Below are positions 9,746 to 17,075 of a stretch of DNA of 59,890 nucleotides, in pieces. Location of the stretch: positions 47,338-107,227 of the forward strand of contig DIZH01000012.1 in assembly GCA_002429325.1 (NCBI GenBank), read 5' to 3'. The number at the start of each line of letters is the position of its first letter. Position 1 is the first letter of the stretch. Position numbers and translations under genes: made by a program. The notes under the pieces are model-generated. The model was not told the origin of the DNA and did not search any database. It saw only the letters and a list, made by a program, of their open reading frames with translations. The DNA is from Patescibacteria group bacterium UBA6033 (lineage in GTDB: Bacteria; Patescibacteriota; Minisyncoccia; Phycocordibacterales; Phycocordibacteraceae).

Positions 9746-10771
9746 CTATTGCTTCGCGAGGATACTCTTTTCGTACGTATGTAAATGCTTGAGTGCGATG
9801 CCGGTGCCGCGTGCGACACAGAAATACGGATCGGTCGCGAGCTTGGCGACGACGCCCGTGCGGCGGTACACGAGCTCAGGCATTTGCCGGAGTTGCGACG
9901 AACCGCCCGTGAGAATGATGCCATTATCAATAATGTCAGCGGCGAGCTCCGGCGGCGTGTCCTGCAGCACTTTGCGTATCGCTTGCGTCATCTCGCGCAG
10001 TTCACGCGCCATGGCCTGCACGATATCGTTTGTAGAGATATCGACTGTCCGCGGTAGCCCCGAGACAAGGTCGCTTCCCTTCACTGCCATCGTAAGCTCT
10101 TCGCTCATCGGGACCGCAGCGCCGATACGTATCTTCACTTCTTCGGCCGTCTTGTCGCCTATGGCAAGATTGTAGTGCTTCTTCACGTGGTCGATGACCG
10201 CGCGATCGAGCCGATTGCCCGCACACTTCACCGACGTCGAAGCCACGATGCCGCCGAGCGATATCACCGCAACGTCGATAGTCCCGCCGCCGATGTCCGC
10301 GACCATGCGCCCCATCGGTTCATGGATGGGAATGCCGGCACCGATAGCCGCGAGAATTGGTTCCTTCACGACGTACGCATTCTTCGCACCGGCCTTTATC
10401 GTCGCTTCGATGACCGCGCGCTTTTCCGTGGACGATACACCTGCGGGAACTGACACGAGTACTGTCGGCTTGAACGGATTCCATCCGAGCGCTTTGCGCA
10501 TGAAGTACCGGAGCATCGCTTCGGTCACGCGATAGTCTGCGATGACGCCGTCCTTCATAGGGCGATACGCGATGATGTCGTCCGGCGTGCGGCCCACCAT
10601 TTTCTTCGCTTCAATCCCGATAGCAAGTATCTTGTTTTTCCCCATTTTCCCGCGCTCTTTGCTCACCGCGACCACAGAAGGTTCGTTGATAATAACGCCT
10701 TTATTCGGCACAAAAACGAGCACATTCGTCGTTCCCAAATCGATACCCAGCTTTGGAGAAAAGAAAGACAT
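9746..10771 (-). CDS. second MreB/Mbl-type actin-like protein
   Basis: MSFFSPKLGIDLGTTNVLVFV..., DIGGGTIDVAVI, LTGGSSQLRQM. The 451-aa track ORF is an upstream extension; ATG at 10771 gives a canonical MreB N-terminus. Confidence 0.85.
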   Translation of the reverse strand: MSFFSPKLGIDLGTTNVLVFVPNKGVIINEPSVVAVSKERGKMGKNKILAIGIEAKKMVGRTPDDIIAYRPMKDGVIADYRVTEAMLRYFMRKALGWNPFKPTVLVSVPAGVSSTEKRAVIEATIKAGAKNAYVVKEPILAAIGAGIPIHEPMGRMVADIGGGTIDVAVISLGGIVASTSVKCAGNRLDRAVIDHVKKHYNLAIGDKTAEEVKIRIGAAVPMSEELTMAVKGSDLVSGLPRTVDISTNDIVQAMARELREMTQAIRKVLQDTPPELAADIIDNGIILTGGSSQLRQMPELVYRRTGVVAKLATDPYFCVARGTGIALKHLHTYEKSILAKQ

Positions 10772-10796
10772 TACCACTAATGGTACACTACCTCTG

Positions 10797-12101
10797 ATGC
10801 AAGGAGAAATGAATTTCATTATTGAGGGCGGGAAGCAGCTGAGAGGCACGGTCGAGACGAGCCGATCGAAGAACGGCGCAGTAGCGCTCCTCGCGGCTTC
10901 CCTCCTCAACCGCGGCACAACGACGCTTCTGCACGTACCGAAAATCGAAGAAGTGAAGCGTCTCATTGAAGTACTCTCTTCTCTGGGAGTGTCGGTCGAA
11001 TGGCAGGGGTCAAACGTAGTTATAACGCCGCCCGAGAAAATATCGCTCGACACTATCGACCGCGTTGCTGCGATGAAGACGCGAAGCATTCTGATGTTCA
11101 TCGGCCCACTCGTTCATCTTTTCAAATCATTTGAACTACCGCAGTCAGGCGGCTGCACACTCGGCCTCCGCTCCGCGCGTCCACACCTGATGGCGCTCGA
11201 GAAATTCGGCGTCGCGATAGAAGCTCGCTCGGAGAGCTATCACGTTACACATACGGCGCTCGCACCGGCCGAAGTGATTTTGTATGAATCGAGCGATACC
11301 GCAACTATTAATGCACTCCTCGCCGCGGCACGCATCCCTGGCACATCAACTATCAAATACGCGTCAGCGAACTACCAAGTGCAAGAAGTGTGCGGATTTC
11401 TGAAAGCGCTCGGCGTTGGCATTGAAGGCATCGGTACCACAACACTCACTGTGCAGGGCGTTGCAGAGATTAATAAAGATGTGTCGTATACCGTCGCCGA
11501 GGACCCGACCGATGCAATGTTCTTCATCGCAGCCGCTATCGTGACTGGCTCTGCCGTCACGATAGCGGCTGCGCCTATCGAATTTCTCGAAGTTGAGCTG
11601 CTCATCCTTGAGAAAATGGGTCTACAATTCTCACTCGAGAACCGCCGGGTCTCAGAAAACGGCATTACTAAACTCGTCGATATTTCCATCAAACCTTCGG
11701 AACTCATCGCATTTCCTGAGAAAATACATGCGCGCCCCTACCCAGGACTCAATATCGACAACCTCCCTTTCTTTGCGGTCATTGCGACTCAGGCAAAAGG
11801 CACGACGCTTATTCACGATTGGGTGTACGAGAAGCGCGCTATTTATTACACTGAGCTTGACCGTCTCGGCGCGATTACCGCGCTTCACGACCCGCACCGC
11901 ATTTCGATTGAGGGTCCGACGAGGCTCAAGGCGGCAGAAGTCATCTGCCCTCCTGCGCTCCGACCTGCGACCATCGTGCTTGTGGGCATGCTCGGCGCAA
12001 AAGGCCACTCGACACTGCGCAATGTGTACAGTATCAACCGCGGCTACGAAGATATCGTGAATCGCCTTCAAAAACTCGGCGCATCTATCGAAGCGAGCTA
12101 G
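10797..12101 (+). CDS. murA: UDP-N-acetylglucosamine 1-carboxyvinyltransferase
   Basis: NFIIEGGKQLRGTVETSRSKNGAVALLAASLL N-terminus, active-site loop PQSGGCTLGLRSARPH (Cys retained). Start is ATG 10797 or 10809; the track ORF from 10542 is an extension. Confidence 0.9.
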   Translation: MQGEMNFIIEGGKQLRGTVETSRSKNGAVALLAASLLNRGTTTLLHVPKIEEVKRLIEVLSSLGVSVEWQGSNVVITPPEKISLDTIDRVAAMKTRSILMFIGPLVHLFKSFELPQSGGCTLGLRSARPHLMALEKFGVAIEARSESYHVTHTALAPAEVILYESSDTATINALLAAARIPGTSTIKYASANYQVQEVCGFLKALGVGIEGIGTTTLTVQGVAEINKDVSYTVAEDPTDAMFFIAAAIVTGSAVTIAAAPIEFLEVELLILEKMGLQFSLENRRVSENGITKLVDISIKPSELIAFPEKIHARPYPGLNIDNLPFFAVIATQAKGTTLIHDWVYEKRAIYYTELDRLGAITALHDPHRISIEGPTRLKAAEVICPPALRPATIVLVGMLGAKGHSTLRNVYSINRGYEDIVNRLQKLGASIEAS

Positions 12102-12199
12102 AGCTACTTTGACTTCACCCCGGACTTGAACTAGATTCCATTTATCTATGTCGTTTGAGGCATAGGTTTTGAGGGCATTGCCCAGAAAGCGAGAATATC

Positions 12200-12721
12200 G
12201 TGGAAAATGAATTGCGCAAAAGTAAAGATGGTCCTTTGTTCCTTGGACTTATGCCGAAAATCAGTGTTGATCCGCGGATCCTGTGTCCCTGCGAGTTCAC
12301 GAGGGAGTTCCAGCCCCCGCCCCCACCGACTATTCGCTTCTATGAGATTGCCGCAATAGCAGGCGCAAGAGCTGCGACTGCGATGTGGAACTATCGGCAG
12401 TACATCGAAGTCATCAAGATTGGATTCACACTCGGCATTTCTTCGCCGGACGAGCTCTACATAACAGCTGAAGCCGTCATGGTGATTCCGATCAGCGGCG
12501 AAAAAGTGACGATCAAAGCTGATCAGTGGATCGACAGCACCCGTCAAGTGCAAGGGATGGGGCTGCTCGCAAGTGAGGTGGAGTATGAGCGGGTTTGCGA
12601 CAATCTAGCGGGATTGCTGACACAAAAGTCGAAGTGGGTGGTGCAAGATCGCGCGACTGATCTCAGCCGATCTGTGGATAGGATCCAGCGTTTCCAACAA
12701 GCGTTTGGTATCGCCATCTAG
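12200..12721 (+). CDS. hypothetical protein
   Basis: 173-aa ORF with GTG start; more protein-like composition than the overlapping minus-strand ORF; no family recognised. Confidence 0.4.
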   Translation: MENELRKSKDGPLFLGLMPKISVDPRILCPCEFTREFQPPPPPTIRFYEIAAIAGARAATAMWNYRQYIEVIKIGFTLGISSPDELYITAEAVMVIPISGEKVTIKADQWIDSTRQVQGMGLLASEVEYERVCDNLAGLLTQKSKWVVQDRATDLSRSVDRIQRFQQAFGIAI

Positions 12722-12794
12722 GCCGAGCACAAACATGTCGGGCACCTGAAAAGGTGTCCGACTCTGTTTTATACGGATGGGGTACAATGCGTGA

Positions 12795-13088
12795 ATGAAG
12801 TCCATAGGCGAATATCTCCCTGAATTCGAGAAGAAAGTGGCCGCGGCGCCAAAAGGGAGAAAGCGGCTCACCGAGCGCGGCGAGATGATGCGTTTCTTCC
12901 TGCGCCATTTGAATCATGCCCGAGCGAATGACGGGCTTGCTCCTATGACCATGGCTCACCTCGGCACGATACTGGAGAAAATACCGACCGCTGATCTCTA
13001 TTATTTAAAAAGCGTCTGTAGCCAAGCGAAAAATTTCAGTAAAACGTTCTGGTGGGAGCTTGACCCAGAGAAGCATCCACCGCACTGA
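12795..13088 (+). CDS. hypothetical protein (97 aa)
   Basis: Clean ORF with balanced composition; no family recognised. Confidence 0.5.
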   Translation: MKSIGEYLPEFEKKVAAAPKGRKRLTERGEMMRFFLRHLNHARANDGLAPMTMAHLGTILEKIPTADLYYLKSVCSQAKNFSKTFWWELDPEKHPPH

Positions 13089-13133
13089 GTTACTTAGCGG
13101 CGAAACCCCAAAGTAAGAGGGTCTTAAATCGCT

Positions 13134-13162
13134 TTGCTGGCAAGCGGCCATCGGGGTATACT
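13134..13162 (+). promoter_or_regulatory. candidate sigma-70 promoter giving a leaderless or near-leaderless def mRNA
   Basis: TTGCTG (13134-13139), 17-nt spacer, TATACT (13157-13162), then 7 nt to ATG 13170; no Shine-Dalgarno. Confidence 0.4.
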
Positions 13163-13169
13163 AGGCAAC

Positions 13170-13703
13170 ATGAAAGAAATCGTGCAAGACGGCGCACCGG
13201 TGTTGCGCGATATAGCCAAGCCCGTCCCTGAAGAGCTTTTCGGGACGCCTGAACTCGCGCGCATCATAGAAGATATGAAAGAGGCTCTCGACCCTGAGAT
13301 AGAAGGAGTCGCGCTCGCTGCGCCACAGATTGATGTGCCCTACCGTATCTTTATCGTGCGGAAAGACCGTACGATAACGCCGCCGCCGCTTGAAGAAGGA
13401 GTGACTCCTCCATTGCCGACGCCTCAGCATGACGTGTATATCAATCCTGAAATTGTGAAGACCTCTCGAAAGCGCTCGAAGGTCGACGAGGGATGCCTCT
13501 CGGTCCGCGGTATATATGGCACTGCTACGCGCCATGAGCGCGTGACTATCCGCGCTCGTGCGCTTGATGGCACGAAATTTGAGCGCGGCGGCGGCGGCCT
13601 CACGGCGCAAATTTTCGAGCATGAGATCGATCATTTGAATGGCATTCTCTTCATCGACCACGCGGAACACCTGGTAGAAATTCCTCATGAGCCAGCAGAA
13701 TAA
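13170..13703 (+). CDS. def: peptide deformylase
   Basis: Motifs GVALAAPQI, EGCLSV, HEIDHLNG. Start placed at the internal ATG 13170 (MKEIVQDGAPVLR). Confidence 0.92.
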   Translation: MKEIVQDGAPVLRDIAKPVPEELFGTPELARIIEDMKEALDPEIEGVALAAPQIDVPYRIFIVRKDRTITPPPLEEGVTPPLPTPQHDVYINPEIVKTSRKRSKVDEGCLSVRGIYGTATRHERVTIRARALDGTKFERGGGGLTAQIFEHEIDHLNGILFIDHAEHLVEIPHEPAE

Positions 13704-14535
13704 ATTTGCATACTTCGGTACGCCAACCGTGTCTCGCGATACACTCGCGTATCTTATTGAACATGGGTTTGTGCCTTCTGTCGTCGTGACATCGCCGGAC
13801 GCACCGCGCGGTCGCGGACTGGTGCTCTCGCCTTCTGAGACAAAAACATTGGCGCTCGAACACAATCTGCCGGTCATAACGCCAGAGAAACTTGATGAGG
13901 CGGCACTCATAGAAATCAAAAGCTATGCATGTGACTACGCGCTGGTGGTTGCCTACGGCAAAATATTCCCCGAATCGCTTATTGATTCCTTCCCGCACGG
14001 CGTCATCAATGTGCACTACTCCCTTCTGCCGAAATATCGAGGTGCAACACCACTTGAGACTGCACTCCTCAATGGAGAGAAAGAAACTGGAGTCACGCTG
14101 CAGAAAATGGTGCGCGAGCTCGATGCCGGCGATATCATCGCGCAAGAATCGACCAAGATAGCCGAAACGGAAACGGCGCGCGAACTGCGCCCACGGCTCA
14201 TCGATATGGGCGCTGCTCTGCTCGTGTCCGCACTACCAAACTATCTTTCAGGAGACTTGGCGCCGACGGCACAAGACGCCACGCAGGCGACGCGCGCATA
14301 CAAAATAAAAAAAGAGGACGGACTGCTCGACCTCTCTGCCCCAGCTTCAGAGAATTGGCAGAAATACCGCGCTTACGCCGACTCCATCGGTACGTATTTC
14401 TTTGCTAACGAGAAACGGATTAAAATAACCGCAGCATCTTTTTCGAACGGGAAATTCACTATCGAGCGCATCATTCCTGAAGGAAAACGCGAGATGGCAT
14501 ACAGCGATTTTATAAAAAATCGAGCACAGGTTTAG
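13687..14535 (+). CDS. fmt: methionyl-tRNA formyltransferase
   Basis: FGTP... N-terminus, HYSLLPKYRGATPLETALLNGEKETGVTLQKM; overlaps def by 17 nt (classic def-fmt pair). Confidence 0.9.
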   Translation: MSQQNKFAYFGTPTVSRDTLAYLIEHGFVPSVVVTSPDAPRGRGLVLSPSETKTLALEHNLPVITPEKLDEAALIEIKSYACDYALVVAYGKIFPESLIDSFPHGVINVHYSLLPKYRGATPLETALLNGEKETGVTLQKMVRELDAGDIIAQESTKIAETETARELRPRLIDMGAALLVSALPNYLSGDLAPTAQDATQATRAYKIKKEDGLLDLSAPASENWQKYRAYADSIGTYFFANEKRIKITAASFSNGKFTIERIIPEGKREMAYSDFIKNRAQV

Positions 14536-14657
14536 AGCGTATTCAAAAATACTTAGATGCGAGGCACGGGATGCTGATTTTCGGAGACGTACTTAAAGTA
14601 CGGCAGAGAAAATCAGCGGGACCCGTAACAACGCAGATGAGGTTTTTGGATATGCTC
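14535..14657. terminator. about 120-nt extended imperfect hairpin filling the convergent fmt/hpf intergenic space
   Basis: Nested arms: gagcgtattcaaaaat / gtttttggatatgctc, gggatgctgattttc / gaaaatcagcgggaccc, cgtactt aaagtacg; spans stop codon to stop codon. Confidence 0.5.
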
Positions 14658-15019
14658 TAGCGATCGAGGCGTAGCATCTGCTTAATCATTGCTCCACCCC
14701 GCTTTACCAGTCGACTGGCGCGGCCGCGCGAATGGCGTATCTCGGCTTCGAGTTCGCTACGCACCTTGTCGGCGGCGCTCTCAGGATTCGGTTTGACGGC
14801 ATCAGCGTAATAGACCTTATCATCAATAATAAGCCGGGCCACGAGCCGGCATGGTTCTGATGAGCGCCCTTCAGGTGGTGCCTCCTCTATTTCTATTTCA
14901 AGAAGCGCCCTATCACTTTCTTTACCAAGGAGGCGGAGCGGGGCGGCGAGTTTCTCTTCAATAATCGCTTCGGTCTGCGGACTGAGTTCGTACTTCGTCG
15001 CCTTGATAGTGATATTCAT
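14657..15019 (-). CDS. hpf: ribosome hibernation promoting factor / RaiA (YfiA) family
   Basis: MNITIKATKYELSPQTEAIIEEKL... typical S30AE N-terminus; 120 aa. Confidence 0.85.
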   Translation of the reverse strand: MNITIKATKYELSPQTEAIIEEKLAAPLRLLGKESDRALLEIEIEEAPPEGRSSEPCRLVARLIIDDKVYYADAVKPNPESAADKVRSELEAEIRHSRGRASRLVKRGGAMIKQMLRLDR

Positions 15020-15030
15020 GAAGAGATATG

Positions 15031-15249
15031 TTAGGTACTAATACTTAGCATCTTAACGCGGGAGTGGTGTCCTGTCAGGATGCGCACCTTGCTCACTGGC
15101 TGTCCGACTCGAAGAGCTACCAATTCCCGTACACGGTTGTTCGCGTGGTTCCCTGTCGCGGGTTCCCGTACAGTGATGACGAGCGAGTCGCCTTTTTCTT
15201 CCACGGTTTCTTTCCGAGCGTCGGGCGTGACGAAGACTTTGAGATACAT
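15031..15249 (-). CDS. DUF167 (YggU-like) family protein
   Basis: MYLKVFVTPDARKETVEE...VITVREPATGNHANNRVRELVA...VRILTGHHSRVKML pattern. Internal ATG 15249 chosen because the longer ORF runs through the csp terminator. Confidence 0.75.
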   Translation of the reverse strand: MYLKVFVTPDARKETVEEKGDSLVITVREPATGNHANNRVRELVALRVGQPVSKVRILTGHHSRVKMLSIST

Positions 15250-15272
15250 CCCCCTATGATACGACAAAAACG

Positions 15273-15306
15273 AAAAACCCGTCCGCTTGTGGCGGACGGG
15301 TTTTTC
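15273..15306 (-). terminator. Rho-independent terminator of the cold-shock gene (bidirectional shape)
   Basis: cccgtccgc ttgt gcggacggg stem-loop flanked by A-run and T-run. Confidence 0.8.
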
Positions 15307-15313
15307 GTTGTCG

Positions 15314-15523
15314 TTAGATCTTGCTAACGTTGACGGCGTTCGGGCCCTTCGGGCTGTCGCCAATCTCGAACGAGACTTTGTCTCCCTCCTGGAGCTCGTC
15401 GAACGAAATGTTCTTGAGCTCGTTGGTGTGGAAGAAAAGGTCCTTAGAACCTTCCTGAGCTCCGTCGACTTTGATGAAGCCGAAGCCCTTCTCGTTCTTC
15501 TTGATTACGGTACCATTTTGCAT
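15314..15523 (-). CDS. csp: cold-shock protein (CspA family)
   Basis: GTVIKKNEKGFGFIKVDG (RNP1 KGFGFI), LFFHTNEL (RNP2-like); 69 aa. Confidence 0.95.
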   Translation of the reverse strand: MQNGTVIKKNEKGFGFIKVDGAQEGSKDLFFHTNELKNISFDELQEGDKVSFEIGDSPKGPNAVNVSKI

Positions 15524-15661
15524 ACTGCTAGATAGATAGATTGTTTGTGTGACTAAGGTATCAAATCAGTAGCCGAAGTTCGAAGCTCGATCCCACTTCT
15601 CTGGATCCAGCGCTGGTTGATATGCCTAGACTAACATACCAGTTAAAAATAGTCAATAGGC

Positions 15662-15898
15662 CTAGGAAAGCTCTTTATGCGAACGGAGCCAGTCCATGAC
15701 CTTGCGGCGATGGATGTCGAGCGACCATACATTGCCGCGGCGCGGGAAAAGGCCGGTATGGATGCTCTTAAATTCCTCGAGGAGCACTGCTGAGGCTTTC
15801 GGGAATGCAGCCGGAAGATTCTCGTTGTAGAGCGAGAGAAAATCTATGAGCGAGCGCTTCTTCTCACTACGCGCTTTGTCGAGGTCAGGCGTTCTCAT
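15662..15898 (-). CDS. hypothetical protein (78 aa)
   Basis: C-terminal part of the 175-aa track ORF. ATG 15898 sits 6 nt downstream of a TATTAT box; upstream ORF sequence runs into the terminator and RNA unit. Confidence 0.5.
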   Translation of the reverse strand: MRTPDLDKARSEKKRSLIDFLSLYNENLPAAFPKASAVLLEEFKSIHTGLFPRRGNVWSLDIHRRKVMDWLRSHKELS

Positions 15899-15904
15899 AT
15901 CGCT

Positions 15905-15933
15905 ATAATACCACAAACTTTCAGAAATGTCAG
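15905..15933 (-). promoter_or_regulatory. candidate promoter (leaderless geometry) for the 78-aa ORF
   Basis: Minus strand: CTGACA, 17 nt, TATTAT, then 6 nt to the ATG. Confidence 0.4.
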
Positions 15934-15940
15934 CTCCCCG

Positions 15941-15980
15941 AGGCAAAAGGAAACGCCGACCCAAGGGGTCGGCGTTTGCA
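15941..15980 (-). terminator. Rho-independent terminator closing the non-coding unit array
   Basis: Stem aaacgccgacc / gggtcggcgttt (15951-15977), followed on the minus strand by CCTTTTGCC. Confidence 0.7.
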
Positions 15981-16310
15981 GGAAAAGAACAGAGGCAATG
16001 TCGTAAGACAAATCGGATTTCGTTCTTCTCTGCAAAAGGGCTCTGTGAGAGTGACACCGCCTCACTCGTTATGGACAGTGGTATTCTCGTCAAACTCACA
16101 GAATTGGAATTGGTTGCGCGACACTCGTCTTTTCGTCTGGAGAGACAGATGTCGGTTCGTCGGCAACCAAAAGAGATGGTGGGGGACATGCGTCTCCTCG
16201 ATAGAAATCAATGAACAAATCGTCTCCCCACCTGAAACTGTCTCGACTGACCATGCCGAGCGGGAAAGGTGTACATGCACTGTAACGTCTCTAAAGACAG
16301 TTCCAGATTC
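15978..16310 (-). ncRNA. truncated third copy (unit 0) of the large structured non-coding unit; carries hairpins H6-H10 only
   Basis: Aligns with 16614-16910 and 18903-19200: same stems (ctgtgag/ctcacag, ggttgcgcgac/gtcggcaacc, ggtgggg/ccccacc) with different loops. Abuts unit A on one side and the terminator on the other. Confidence 0.6.
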
Positions 16311-16315
16311 GTCAT

Positions 16316-16965
16316 CACCCTCTTACAAAACACTTGAATAAACGTCCTGTAAGAGGGTGCCGACCACAGTGAGATAGATTTGAACCATCTCACGTGGTCG
16401 GCAGAGAGACAGACATTTCCTCACCCGAAGGCAGAACTTCCATCGTCTCTCGAAAAGGCGGTAATGGAAACAGGCTTAAGCTCGTTAAAGACACTTATCT
16501 TGTCGTCTCCATTACCTAAACTAGCAAAGAACACCCGCCAGCTGGCGGAGCAGCGAAACATCTTCATATTCGTCGTGAGACGCACTGGGAGTCGTCTCGC
16601 TGCGGAAAGAATTGCGGAAGGAAGACACACGTTCCCTCGAAAAAACTACTTGCGTTTTCGTCTTCTTCCGCAAAAAGGTTCTGTGAGAGTGATACCGCTG
16701 CACTCATCGCGATGACTATCGTCTTCTCGTCAAACTCACAGAATTGGATTTGGTTGCGCAACAAATGCGTTTTCGTCTCCTGAGAGACATTGGCTCCTAC
16801 GTCGGCAACCAAAAGGGGCGGTGGGGAGACATTCTCCTTTTCATGAAGACAGCCATGTACCTCGTCTCCCCACCTGAAACTATCTTGGCTAACCATGCCA
16901 AGCGGGAGGACATTTGGCGTTTCGTCATGCGACATGACACCTCTCGTCCTCGCAGGAGACAGTAA
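16316..16965 (-). ncRNA. large structured non-coding unit, copy A (about 650 nt, about 11 hairpins)
   Basis: No conserved reading frame. Hairpins H1 16318-16357, H2 16359-16402, H3 16404-16451, H4 16460-16516, H5 16550-16603, H6 16614-16671, H7 16679-16743, H8 16752-16810, H9 16820-16874, H10 16884-16902, H11 16924-16938. Stems conserved with copy B, loops not. Strand inferred from G.U/A.C asymmetry, promoters and terminators. Confidence 0.6.
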
Positions 16966-16987
16966 CACGCAAACATTATTTAGTCAA
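16959..16987 (-). promoter_or_regulatory. candidate promoter for unit A
   Basis: Minus strand: TTGACT (16982-16987), 17 nt, TACTGT (16959-16964); same distance from the conserved gtcatgtcgcatgac hairpin as the unit B promoter. Confidence 0.4.
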
Positions 16988-17019
16988 AAAGAAAAGCCCC
17001 GCATATTTCAGCGGGGCCG
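16985..17019 (-). terminator. Rho-independent terminator of the recombinase-like gene
   Basis: gccccgc atatttca gcggggc (16996-17017), followed on the minus strand by TTTTCTTTTT. Confidence 0.7.
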
Positions 17020-17075
17020 GTGGACAGGTCATCCAGCGTTCTTTCGAACAAGGGTTTAGTCGTCCACCTAAAAGA

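Noticed and set aside
9746-11101. N-terminal extensions of the second mreB (451-aa ORF) and of murA (519-aa ORF from 10542)
   Set aside because: The two extensions overlap each other on opposite strands and add non-homologous, low-complexity sequence. Internal ATGs at 10771 and 10797/10809 give canonical MreB and MurA N-termini.
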